The notes below the pieces were generated by a model that had not been told where the DNA came from, did no database searches, and worked only from the letters and a program-made list of their open reading frames with translations. The translations under genes and the position numbers were made by a program. A stretch of DNA of 64,000 nucleotides from Chloroflexota bacterium (GTDB lineage: Bacteria > Chloroflexota > Dehalococcoidia > JACVQG01 > JAHKAY01), in NCBI GenBank assembly GCA_018825785.1, contig JAHKAY010000020.1, positions 2,111-66,110 on the forward strand, read 5' to 3'. Each line of letters starts with the position of its first letter. Position 1 is the first letter of the stretch. Positions 28,640 through 37,093 of the stretch are shown piece after piece.

Positions 28640-29332
28640 ATGGAAAAGGGAAAGAGACCAGAAGCTCCAGGCATACTTCCTGTTTCCAGAACGAAAGAGG
28701 AAGCCAAGCGGTCATATGACCGCATAAGCAAGGTGTACGACTTCTTCGCTGAGCCCTTCGAGCGAAAGCACGCTGAAACGGCTCTTGAGCATCTCTCTAT
28801 CAAAGAGGGTGAAACCGTGCTAGAGATCGGTTTTGGTACCGGGCATTGTCTGAAGCGAATAGCAGAAGCGGTTGGCAAGACGGGCAGAGTCTACGGTGTA
28901 GACATTTCCTCCGGTATGCTGGAGGTCACACGGAGACGGCTAGGCAAAGCTCGGCTTATGGAAAGAGTGGAGCTACATTGTGCGGATGCGTTGAGTCTCC
29001 CATATACTGACGACACTTTCGACGCCGCCTTTATGAGCTTCACCCTTGAACTTTTTGACACCCCTGAGATCCCGAGGCTGCTTAAAGAGGTCAAGAGAGT
29101 GCTCAAGCCCGGGGGCAGGATCGGGGTTGCCAGCATGTCCAAAGAGAACGGGGAATCTCTTTCACTGAGGCTCTATGAATGGGCACATAGAAAGTGGCCT
29201 AAGTATGTTGATTGCAGGCCTATCTACGTGGAACAATCCCTACGGGACGCTGGATATGAAATAAGAGAGAAGGACAAAGAAAAGTTGTTTGGCCTACCTG
29301 GCGAAATTGTTGTCGCCGTGAAAGAAAGCTAG
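28640..29332 (+). CDS. Class I SAM-dependent methyltransferase (UbiE-like)
   Basis: VLEIGFGTG, GVDISSGM, DALSLPY, RVLKPGG. Confidence 0.85.
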   Translation: MEKGKRPEAPGILPVSRTKEEAKRSYDRISKVYDFFAEPFERKHAETALEHLSIKEGETVLEIGFGTGHCLKRIAEAVGKTGRVYGVDISSGMLEVTRRRLGKARLMERVELHCADALSLPYTDDTFDAAFMSFTLELFDTPEIPRLLKEVKRVLKPGGRIGVASMSKENGESLSLRLYEWAHRKWPKYVDCRPIYVEQSLRDAGYEIREKDKEKLFGLPGEIVVAVKES

Positions 29333-30090
29333 GCTCCAAGCCTTCTGGGCCATCTTAGTTAACGAGAACTCAGATTGTTGACCTCCGCTCTGCCTCGGCG
29401 GAAGCCGGGCCATTGAGGATTCAAAATGACGAGACTCGCCAATGTTGCATTTATAGTTGGCACGTTTGAGCAGCTGTGAGCACGCAGCTAGGCGCTCGGC
29501 TATCAGGGTGCTGAAAAAGGGGGTGCCCAACCAAACGCAGATACGAAATATCCGACAGATCCAAAGCTAAGGTCTCGTTCTACGGGACTTTTTCATCACC
29601 CTGATAGGTCAACGATCGATGCCCCCTCCAGATTCTGACACAATTGGGCTGGTCCGTACCATGATAGACTATCAATCTGGTGTTGTTGCCCCCGCAATCT
29701 GAGCATGTGGGACCAGAACGCTCAAATTCCCGTTGTGTGTTCTTATGTCGGAAAGGCCACATTACAGCCTATTGTACCGCATTCTCGAAACACATGCTGA
29801 AATGCATTCAAGGCCCATTTGATTGGCAATAGTCCAGTCTGGTCGAATCGAGGCACCCAGGAGACGTTTGGACAGAATGTCTCACCAGCCGCTGCCGTTA
29901 CACCCCGGTCGCCATTCCGCCATGCGGGGCAGCGCGACGCAATTGAAGCCCCCTCCTGGCAGTCCCCTCCAGCTCAGCATGCCGGGCTGGCAGTCCTATT
30001 CACTGCGCACTCTTGGATGGTCGCATGCCGTGGCTGCACGACGTCCGAGAGCGTGGCCTCCGTTTGCAGCCTTCACGGGCAACATGTCAG

Positions 30091-31758
30091 CTAACAATCT
30101 TCCGCCCCTGCGTGACCGCAAGGGCTCCAGTTCTCAGTCCCGGACTCCCCATAAGGCTGCAGGCGGTATACCACGGTGGGACCCGTCGCCTTCAGATGGG
30201 GCTGCGCTTTCAGCACGATCACGCGTTGTGGAGGCGCCAGCGACGGCGTCAGGATTTGAAGAGCGTCGCGGTCAACCTTCACCGAGTAGCTCAGGTGGCA
30301 GGCCGGGCACTCATAATCAGAGAACCTTCGATGCGGCTTGTCCACATCGAATCTCGCGCCGCAGGATTCACACACCAGCGATTTCAGCATGCCGCCGGTG
30401 AGTCCGTCAAGAACAGCCCTCTTCAAAGCGTCGGAGTTGTAGGTCCCCTTTCTCGTCTCGTCCAACAGCCGGGGCGCGGAACTCACAAAGGCTTCAGCGG
30501 ACGTGAGGGACGTTGAACCGATAAAGCCGACGAGGCCCTCAAAGATCTCCCATCTGGCCCCGGCTCCCTGTATCTCGGACCTGATCTCTGCCAGGCGGGC
30601 GGAGGCTACCTCTATTTGCTTGTCCACGTCCCTGAGCCCGGCGGCTTTCTGCTCCAACGTTTCCAGCTCACCGGCCAGGAGATCCCTCCTGGCCTCTTTC
30701 TCACGGATGTGCCGTCCCAGGGTGTCTTGTTTCTCCTGCAGGCCCGCTATCTGAACTTCTATCTCATCCAGCGCCGTCTGCTTCTTTGCCAGCTGCCCGA
30801 CGCAAGGCTCCAAGATGGCTTTTTCTGCGGCCAGCTTCGCGACATCAGCATCCAGCTTGCCTTTGAGTGCCGTCTTCTCCTCCATGCCCTGCACCTGCTT
30901 GCCGAGTGAGTGCACTTCGCTCTGAAGCCCTTCGAGAGCCCCGGTCAGGCTGCCGTACTCTGACAGCCTCTCAAGCAGCTCCTTCCCCTTGTCCTTCAAC
31001 GTAAGGACTCTCGCTTGCTGCAGTATTGCCGCAAAGGTATCAAGGCCAATGCCGGCCTTGGCAAGGAGCCGCTGGCGCTGGATGAAGCCTTCCAGCTCCT
31101 CGTTTGACGCCCCCGCTTTCTTGAGTGTGCCGGCCAGCTGTTCGACCTGCTCAAGCCGGCCCGTATCAAGACCAACCTGGTCCATGTAGGCTTTCAGGTT
31201 CTGACCGGCTGATTTGTTCTGCTTCTCTATGCTCGCGAGTTCGTCTTTTGCCTTCTCCAGCCTGGCGGTGACGGCTTGCAGGTCTTCCTCGGTTTTCCCC
31301 AGCTGTTCGTGAGCGCTTTCGCACCGGGCAACAAGCTCCTGGTAGCCCAAGCCGGTGCTGGCCTCCAGCTGGCTGAGTCTCACCGCCGCAGTGACGAAGC
31401 CCTCGGCATTCATCTTCACGCAGGCCTTTAGCACGTCCTTGTAGTGCTCGGGCTCTATCCCGCACTTCTGGAGGAGGCTCTCCATCTTGAGCCCGGCCTT
31501 TGCCTCCTCCACCGTGAGGTAGCAGTCTTTCAACTCTTCCGCGAGGCTGTGCAGCGCCTCAACCTCGTTCACCATGTTGAACTCCTCTCCAGCAGCCTTC
31601 AGTCCCTTCTCCTCTGCCAGGTGCTTGAACCTGGTGACGTAGAGAGAGACTGTGCTTTGATCCACTTTGAGTCTACCGGCTATCTCCGGCTGCGAACGGC
31701 CCTGGAAATACAACGCCATGATCCTCGAAGCCTTCTGCGGCGACAGCTTGTGTGTCAT
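30091..31758 (-). CDS. HTH - long coiled coil - zinc ribbon protein
   Basis: HTH QGRSQPEIAGRLKVDQSTVSLY; about 300 aa of heptads; CESC...CPAC. Confidence 0.72.
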   Translation of the reverse strand: MTHKLSPQKASRIMALYFQGRSQPEIAGRLKVDQSTVSLYVTRFKHLAEEKGLKAAGEEFNMVNEVEALHSLAEELKDCYLTVEEAKAGLKMESLLQKCGIEPEHYKDVLKACVKMNAEGFVTAAVRLSQLEASTGLGYQELVARCESAHEQLGKTEEDLQAVTARLEKAKDELASIEKQNKSAGQNLKAYMDQVGLDTGRLEQVEQLAGTLKKAGASNEELEGFIQRQRLLAKAGIGLDTFAAILQQARVLTLKDKGKELLERLSEYGSLTGALEGLQSEVHSLGKQVQGMEEKTALKGKLDADVAKLAAEKAILEPCVGQLAKKQTALDEIEVQIAGLQEKQDTLGRHIREKEARRDLLAGELETLEQKAAGLRDVDKQIEVASARLAEIRSEIQGAGARWEIFEGLVGFIGSTSLTSAEAFVSSAPRLLDETRKGTYNSDALKRAVLDGLTGGMLKSLVCESCGARFDVDKPHRRFSDYECPACHLSYSVKVDRDALQILTPSLAPPQRVIVLKAQPHLKATGPTVVYRLQPYGESGTENWSPCGHAGAEDC

Positions 31759-31846
31759 CGATGTTAACCTCCTTCTTGTGATCAGCACGCCTCCGGACCG
31801 GGTTGCAGGGCCGCTTGCGGCACGCCTGGGACCCCTTGCGACATGC

Positions 31847-32206
31847 CTACAGCAGTTCTCCCTCCCTCAACTTCCGGATTTCATCTGACACTTCCTCCGT
31901 CAGGCCCTCCCTCTCGTACGCCTGCCGCAGGACTTCTCGCGTAGCGAGGCGCTTGAGGAGAAAGGTGAGGTCCATCTTGCCCATCCGGGCCGCCCTAAGA
32001 TCCTGCAGGGTCGCACAGAGAGCCAACTCCGCCGGGACCTCCGGCTCCATAGGGCAGCCCTCGGGTACCGCACTCTTGATCGTGACCTTTTTCTTCCCCT
32101 CACGCTCCTTCACCTCCCGGATGAGGGCTGCCCCCTCTCCTTCAAGGGGTTCCACTTCAATCCCCTCCTCGGTCCTGCGGATGATCGCCAATGGTTCGCT
32201 AGGCAA
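31847..32206 (-). CDS. Hypothetical protein
   Basis: TTG after GGAGG overlaps the upstream stop. Confidence 0.5.
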   Translation of the reverse strand: MPSEPLAIIRRTEEGIEVEPLEGEGAALIREVKEREGKKKVTIKSAVPEGCPMEPEVPAELALCATLQDLRAARMGKMDLTFLLKRLATREVLRQAYEREGLTEEVSDEIRKLREGELL

Positions 32207-32522
32207 ATTCCACCTCCCATTCGTTGTCTTCGCTCTCATTCTCGAGAAAGCCAATCTCCTCACATTTGCTGGCTTTGCTGTGACTCCTTAGCCAGTCTAG
32301 CCTGCAGATCCCTTTCTCCGTAATGCGGTAGCCGTAGGCACGCGGCGGTGCCCCAGGGCCCCTGAGCCGCTGCCTGACCAGGAGTCCATATTTGTGGTAC
32401 CGCCTGAGCAGTTCCGAGGCATCGGTAGGGCTCACGCCCAGCGCCTCCTCCACCTCCGAGGCCGTCCACGAGTCCCCGTCCTCAAGAAGAGACAGAATCT
32501 CGGATTTCCTTTGATTTCTCAT
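32199..32522 (-). CDS. Winged-helix DNA-binding protein
   Basis: TASEVEEALGVSPTDASELLRRY...YRITEKG. Confidence 0.7.
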   Translation of the reverse strand: MRNQRKSEILSLLEDGDSWTASEVEEALGVSPTDASELLRRYHKYGLLVRQRLRGPGAPPRAYGYRITEKGICRLDWLRSHSKASKCEEIGFLENESEDNEWEVEFA

Positions 32523-32645
32523 TTTCAACCTCCGCCCGATGGGGTCTGCCCTCCCACAACTCCCACTCCAATTTCAAGCCTGGCCGTTGGAGTAGTGGCA
32601 CTCTAGTTCCACGGCGGCCATCCCGCCACCGCGACATTTCACGGA

Positions 32646-32702
32646 CATAGTCGTTGTCATAGTGATCATCATGGTCGTCATTGTCGTCATGGTATCCATG
32701 GT
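32646..32702. repeat. Six CAT(A/G/T)GT direct repeats (iteron/operator-like)
   Basis: Starts at 32646, 32658, 32670, 32679, 32688, 32697 (spacing 12, 12, 9, 9, 9). Confidence 0.6.
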
Positions 32703-32883
32703 GCCCTAAGTACCGGGAGGGCCCTGTAGCTGACATCAGACTGCCCTTGTTGCCGAACGTACGCTCTTGCGGGAAACGCCGGTCTCGGCGGCTAGTTTGC
32801 TGCAGCCATTTCCGCTAGCCGGGCGTCCTGTGAGAGCAGCGACACTCTCCGGAGAGGTCGCTAGCGCAGGGGCTCTACTAGAT

Positions 32884-32961
32884 GGTTTCCAGTCAGGTAT
32901 GAGCGTAGATACTGGATAGGCTGTGGCAGTTAAGGGTTGAATCCCCGTCGGGGCCGCACTA
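32884..32961 (+). repeat. att-like scar 2: degenerate tRNA 3' end plus flanking arm
   Basis: AGGGTTGAATCCCCGTCGGGGCCGCACTA; direct repeat of 24616-24695. Confidence 0.65.
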
Positions 32962-32982
32962 CTGGCTACCTCAGCTCCTTCC

Positions 32983-33073
32983 TGGGTGACAGCCCGGCCC
33001 ACCTAAGCCTCCTCCCTGCGGTGGCCCGCCCTCGTCAGGTCTAACCTCTGGCAAATAGGAATATTGTTTTCAC
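32983..33073. repeat. Dispersed ~90-bp non-coding repeat, copy 2
   Basis: Aligns by eye with 18561-18651. Confidence 0.75.
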
Positions 33074-33376
33074 TATGGCCAGGCATGGAGGGTCGTGAGG
33101 GACTGTTCCGAGAGGGCAGGGCTGCCTCCCCTGGTTAGCGCGGAAACGGGCAGGACTCTTGGTGTGAGTCCCCATCGGCTTAGGGACGCCTTTGCGGTCC
33201 ATGCGGTGAAGGTGGATGATTCCGGCGACGGGCTCCGCCTTCTCCAAGAGCACCTGGGGCACGCCAGCTTCAATACGACGGCCAAGTACCGGAAAGTGAG
33301 CGGTCGGGAACACCGTGAGTGGTACGAGAAACTCTGGTCTGGCTCGAATACTGGTAGCAGTCCGCGCGAGGCGTGA
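33071..33376 (+). pseudogene. C-terminal fragment of a tyrosine recombinase
   Basis: SPHRLRDAFA, LQEHLGH and TTAKY are present; the N-terminal part is absent. Confidence 0.8.
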
Positions 33377-33542
33377 TAGGGTCTCTCCCGTTGAGGCCCA
33401 CCCGCGGGCATCTTCCTGCGGCCCTTCGGTGCTGCCATCTTAGTCCGGCCCTCCTGAACGGGGAAGCCGCCAAGGCACGGGGCACCACAACTTGGGCCTG
33501 CATCAGGCCACGCAGACGCTTGGGTGCAGAAGGTCTGCTCTT

Positions 33543-34496
33543 CTAGTGCACGTTCAGGCGGTCGCCGGGACTAAACTTCTTGTGGGCGTCTACAGCTCTC
33601 TCGGCTGCGTTTCCTCTGGCATAGCGGCTCACCATGGCGTAAGACTCCCACCCACCCAACTCCTTGAGGTCTCCTTCCTGCCCACCGGCAGCCAAGTAGG
33701 ACATGGCGAAGCCCCGCCTGAAGGCATGGGCGCCGCGGAACTGGACTTCGGCTATCTTGAAGCGCCGCTCCAGCATCATCCGCAGCCCGTTCGTGGTGAA
33801 GGACTTGGTCCCCTTGGCCAGCCACAGGATATCGGACTTAACCCCCCGCCTCCTGAGGTAGCGGTCAATGGCCTCTGCCGCCCTGGCCCCGATGCTGATT
33901 CTCCGCTGCTTCCCTGCCTTGCCCATCACCAGAACAGTGCGGTGCTTCCAGTCGATGTCGGACACCTTCATGCCGCAGACCTCTGCCGCCCTCGGGCCAG
34001 CATCGTAGAGGGTGAGAATCAGCGCTGTGTCGCGGTACTCAAATGCTTTGACACCCGGCTCCCGCCCCACCGCCCTTAGCACCTTCTCCACCTCCTCCGG
34101 GCGATACCACGGTTGAATCTCGTCTGGGATTCGGGGCGGGTCCACCTTGGCCAGAGGATTTTCATCCAACTCCCCTTCGCGCACGGCCCAGCGGTAAAAG
34201 CGGTTTAGAGCGCGGTATCTCACGGAAACCGAGCTTGCCTTGTTGCCTCGCTTGTATAGACTCTGTAGCCAGTAACGCAGGTGGTCCGGCTCCATCTCCA
34301 CCAGCGCGGGCAACCCCTCCCTCTTGGCGAACTCCACCAGCATCCTCAAAGCCTGCCCGTAAGTCTCCAGTGTCCGCTCCACCCTCCCCGAGCCTCCCAG
34401 GCTCAATAGAAAGCTGCGAATTATGTCTTCATTTGAGATAGGCTCAGCTTGAACATTAGGCGCATATATATGCGATTTAGGTCTGCCGGTTTTCAC
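33543..34496 (-). CDS. Tyrosine integrase/recombinase
   Basis: SAM-like N-terminal domain; catalytic R (GPRAAE), K (MGKAGK), HAFRR, LGGW, Y (VSRY); adjacent to the tRNA 3' end. Confidence 0.92.
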   Translation of the reverse strand: MKTGRPKSHIYAPNVQAEPISNEDIIRSFLLSLGGSGRVERTLETYGQALRMLVEFAKREGLPALVEMEPDHLRYWLQSLYKRGNKASSVSVRYRALNRFYRWAVREGELDENPLAKVDPPRIPDEIQPWYRPEEVEKVLRAVGREPGVKAFEYRDTALILTLYDAGPRAAEVCGMKVSDIDWKHRTVLVMGKAGKQRRISIGARAAEAIDRYLRRRGVKSDILWLAKGTKSFTTNGLRMMLERRFKIAEVQFRGAHAFRRGFAMSYLAAGGQEGDLKELGGWESYAMVSRYARGNAAERAVDAHKKFSPGDRLNVH

Positions 34497-34553
34497 AACG
34501 CACCTCCTCTTTCCGCCAGTTTCAGATTAGAGGAAGTGCGCCTACAAGTCAAA

Positions 34554-34629
34554 TGGTGGGCGGTACAGGACTTGAACCTGTGACCTCCTGCGTGTAAAGC
34601 AGATGCTCTAACCGCTGAGCTAACCGCCC
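34554..34629 (-). tRNA. tRNA-Val(TAC)
   Basis: GGGCGGTTAGCTCAGCGGTTAGAGCATCTGCTTTACACGCAGG...GGTTCAAGTCC...CCA. Confidence 0.96.
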
Positions 34630-34634
34630 GAGAA

Positions 34635-34710
34635 TGGCGCGCTTGGCGGGATTCGAACCCACGGCCTCAGCCTCCGCAGGGCTGCGCTCTATCCGCTGAG
34701 CTACAAGCGC
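34635..34710 (-). tRNA. tRNA-Arg(GCG)
   Basis: Anticodon arm CAGCC-CTGCGGA-GGCTG; T arm GGTTCGAATCC; CCA end. Confidence 0.93.
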
Positions 34711-34713
34711 CAG

Positions 34714-34795
34714 TGCCGAGGGGGAGATTTGAACTCCCATGGGCGATGCCCACTGCGCCCTGAACGCAGCGCGTCTGCCATTCCGCCACCTCGGC
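34714..34795 (-). tRNA. tRNA-Leu(CAG), CCA not encoded
   Basis: GCCGAGGTGGCGGAATGGCAGACGC; arm CTGCG-TTCAGGG-CGCAG; long variable arm. Confidence 0.95.
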
Positions 34796-34802
34796 CCACT
34801 GA

Positions 34803-34884
34803 ATTCTACCCCGGTCCCAGCCCCCAGGTCAATCTCTTTGACTTCCCAAAGGCCCCTTGATTTCCCCGGAGGACAGGGTATAAT
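34803..34884. promoter_or_regulatory. Divergent promoters for the tRNA operon (-) and the btu operon (+)
   Basis: Minus strand TTGACC-N18-TAGAAT; plus strand TTGATT-N16-TATAAT. Confidence 0.6.
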
Positions 34885-34894
34885 CAGGCCAATT

Positions 34895-35025
34895 GAATAA
34901 GCGATAGCCAGAGGTGCCCGAGGGTGACCGAGGGCCTAACTGGGCAGCAAGCCGGTGAAATACCGGCGCGGTCGCGCCGCTGTGAGTCGCCCCAGGCGAC
35001 AAGCCAGAACGTCCGCCTCTGAATA
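34895..35025 (+). ncRNA. Cobalamin riboswitch
   Basis: CAGAGGTG pairs with CCTCTG; CCGGTGAAATACCGG, GCCGCTGTGA and AGCCAGA core elements; upstream of btuF. Confidence 0.88.
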
Positions 35026-35071
35026 TCCTACATGCCTCCGCAGGAGAGGGGTAGGAGTTTATTTTGCCCGG

Positions 35072-35105
35072 CCCCTCACCTCAGCGGTGAGGGGATTTTG
35101 TTTTT
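35072..35105 (+). terminator. Riboswitch expression-platform terminator
   Basis: CCCCTCACC-TCAGC-GGTGAGGGG followed by a T tract. Confidence 0.75.
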
Positions 35106-35116
35106 AGGGAGGTTCT

Positions 35117-36019
35117 ATGAGAAAGTTGGCCCTGGTTGTTCTCGCGCTGGTCTTCCTTCTTTCTGCCTGCGCCCTGCCAGCGCCCGCCCCCGGTGAGATT
35201 ACCGACCAGCTGGGCAGGCCCGTCCGTCTGGATGGCCCCCCCCAGAGGATAGTATCCATGTCCCCCTCCAACACCGAAATCCTCTTTGCCCTGGGGCTGG
35301 GGGACAGGGTGGTGGGGGTCACCGATTACTGCGATTTCCCCCCAGAAGCCCTGAACAAGCCAAGAATAGGGGGCTTCTCCAACCCCGACCTGGAAAAGCT
35401 GGTCGCCCTCTCCCCCGACCTTATTGTTGCCGACCAGATCCACGAAAAAGAGGTCGTCCCTGAGCTGGAACGGAGGAACCTCCCCGTCTTCGTCATTGAC
35501 CCCAGAAACATGGACCAGGTGCTGGAGTCCATCGTCCTCCTGGGCCGGGCGACCGGCACAGAGGCCGAGGCAGCGAGGCTGGTGGAGGAGATGAAGATAA
35601 GAATTGGAGCCGTATCCCAGAGAGTTGCCGGGCTCTCCCCCCAAGAGAGGCCCCGGGTGCTTTCTATCACCTGGCATGACCCCCTGTGGACGGCAGGGAA
35701 GGGGACATGGGAAGACCAGCTCATCTCCATGGCCGGGGGACAGAACCTCTTCCCCGACCTGGAGGGGTACAAGACGGTGGACCTGGAGATGGTGCTGAAC
35801 AGGGACCCCCAGGTCATCATTGCCAGTAGCGGGCACGGGGAGGCGCTGAGAGCGCCCTACCTCTGGGCCCGGGACGAGCCCAGGCTGAAGGGGACCGAGG
35901 CCCTCAAGAAGGGCAGGGTCTATGAAATTGACGCCGATATTGTCTCCCGCCCCGGCCCCCGGCTGGTGGAGGGCCTGGAAGAGATGCTCCGGCTTCTTCA
36001 TCCGGACCTGAACAGGTGA
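35117..36019 (+). CDS. btuF: Cobalamin ABC transporter substrate-binding lipoprotein
   Basis: Lipobox LSAC; RIVSMSPSNTEILFALG; RPGPRL; riboswitch upstream. Confidence 0.88.
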   Translation: MRKLALVVLALVFLLSACALPAPAPGEITDQLGRPVRLDGPPQRIVSMSPSNTEILFALGLGDRVVGVTDYCDFPPEALNKPRIGGFSNPDLEKLVALSPDLIVADQIHEKEVVPELERRNLPVFVIDPRNMDQVLESIVLLGRATGTEAEAARLVEEMKIRIGAVSQRVAGLSPQERPRVLSITWHDPLWTAGKGTWEDQLISMAGGQNLFPDLEGYKTVDLEMVLNRDPQVIIASSGHGEALRAPYLWARDEPRLKGTEALKKGRVYEIDADIVSRPGPRLVEGLEEMLRLLHPDLNR

Positions 36020-37092
36020 AGGCCGGAGCTGAACAGGTGAAGGAGATAGGCCTGGCCCTCCGTGCCGAGAGGCGCCGGCGGGCCTACGCCATCCTGGGGC
36101 TCTTCATCCTTCTTGGCGCTAGTGTGGCACTGGCCACCGCGGTGGGCAGCGTGGATATCCCCTGGGCCACCGTCGGCGGTCTGCTCTTCTCCTGGCTGCC
36201 CTGGATAGACCCCCCACGGACACCGGAGACCCTGGCCACCATCGTCCTGGACATAAGGCTGCCCCGGGTCATTCTGGGGGGGCTGGTGGGGGCGGCCCTG
36301 GCCATGGCGGGGGCCACCTACCAGGGCCTCTTCCGCAACCCCCTGGCCGACCCCTATCTCCTGGGGGTGGCCCAGGGGTCGGCCCTGGGGGCCACCATCG
36401 GTTTCCTCCTCCCCTTCTCCGGCACCGTCATGGGGCTGGGGCTGGTCCCCGTCCTGGCCCTTCTCGGAGGGCTCCTGAGCGCCGCCACCGTTTACGCCCT
36501 GGCACAGGTGGGCAGGGCCCTCCCCATGACCACCCTCATCCTGGCCGGGGTGGCCCTGGGGGCCTTCCTGGCATCTATCACCTCCTACCTCCTCATCATA
36601 TCCGGGCATCAGCTCCACGGCATCCTCCTCTGGCTGATGGGCGGCTTCTCCCTGAGCCACTGGGGCGAGGTGAAGGTCCTCCTTCCCTATGTGATAGTGG
36701 GGGCTGGGGCCATCTACCTCTACAGCCAACCCCTTAACCTGATGCAGCTGGACGAAGAGCAGGCCCAGCAGCTAGGTGTCCATGTGGAGCGGGTGAAGGT
36801 GACCCTGTTGATAGCGGCCACCCTGGTCACCGCCACAGCTGTCTCTTTTGCGGGGACCATTGGCTTCGTGGGCATCATCGTCCCCCATGCCGTCCGCCTG
36901 GTCTGGGGGCCGGACCACCGCTTCTTGCTCCCCCTCTCCTGTTTGGCGGGGGCCATCTTCCTTATCCTGGCCGACACCTTTGCCCGCACCATCTTTTCCC
37001 CCACCGAAATCCCTGTGGGGGTGGTCACCGCTTTTGTCGGGGCACCCTTCTTCCTCTATCTGCTGAGGCAGAAGAAAAGGGCGGTATTCTAG
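36016..37092 (+). CDS. btuC: Cobalamin ABC transporter permease
   Basis: IRLPR, QGLFRNPLADP, GFVGIIVPH. Confidence 0.88.
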   Translation: MKAGAEQVKEIGLALRAERRRRAYAILGLFILLGASVALATAVGSVDIPWATVGGLLFSWLPWIDPPRTPETLATIVLDIRLPRVILGGLVGAALAMAGATYQGLFRNPLADPYLLGVAQGSALGATIGFLLPFSGTVMGLGLVPVLALLGGLLSAATVYALAQVGRALPMTTLILAGVALGAFLASITSYLLIISGHQLHGILLWLMGGFSLSHWGEVKVLLPYVIVGAGAIYLYSQPLNLMQLDEEQAQQLGVHVERVKVTLLIAATLVTATAVSFAGTIGFVGIIVPHAVRLVWGPDHRFLLPLSCLAGAIFLILADTFARTIFSPTEIPVGVVTAFVGAPFFLYLLRQKKRAVF

Positions 37093-37093
37093 A

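Larger units (their letters stand above)
1..34553. mobile_element. Composite genomic island anchored at tRNA-Val(TAC); left boundary probably outside the window
   Basis: An intact tyrosine integrase lies directly downstream of the tRNA-Val 3' end. The region also holds a second integrase remnant, an IS3, an R-M gene, resistance cargo and att-like scars. GC is visibly lower than at 35-50 kb. No tRNA-Val 3' duplicate was seen in the window. Confidence 0.6.

Noticed and set aside
29500-29765. IS-end-like CAGGGTGCTGAAAAAG and a 60-aa CxxC ORF
   Set aside because: There is no partner inverted repeat or transposase, and the ORF looks truncated; too weak to call.
29770-29782. TGTACCGC as the second att copy of tRNA-Val
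   Set aside because: Only an 8-bp match, expected by chance.
34549-34740. 63-aa ORF over the tRNA cluster
   Set aside because: Artefact of translating tRNA genes.
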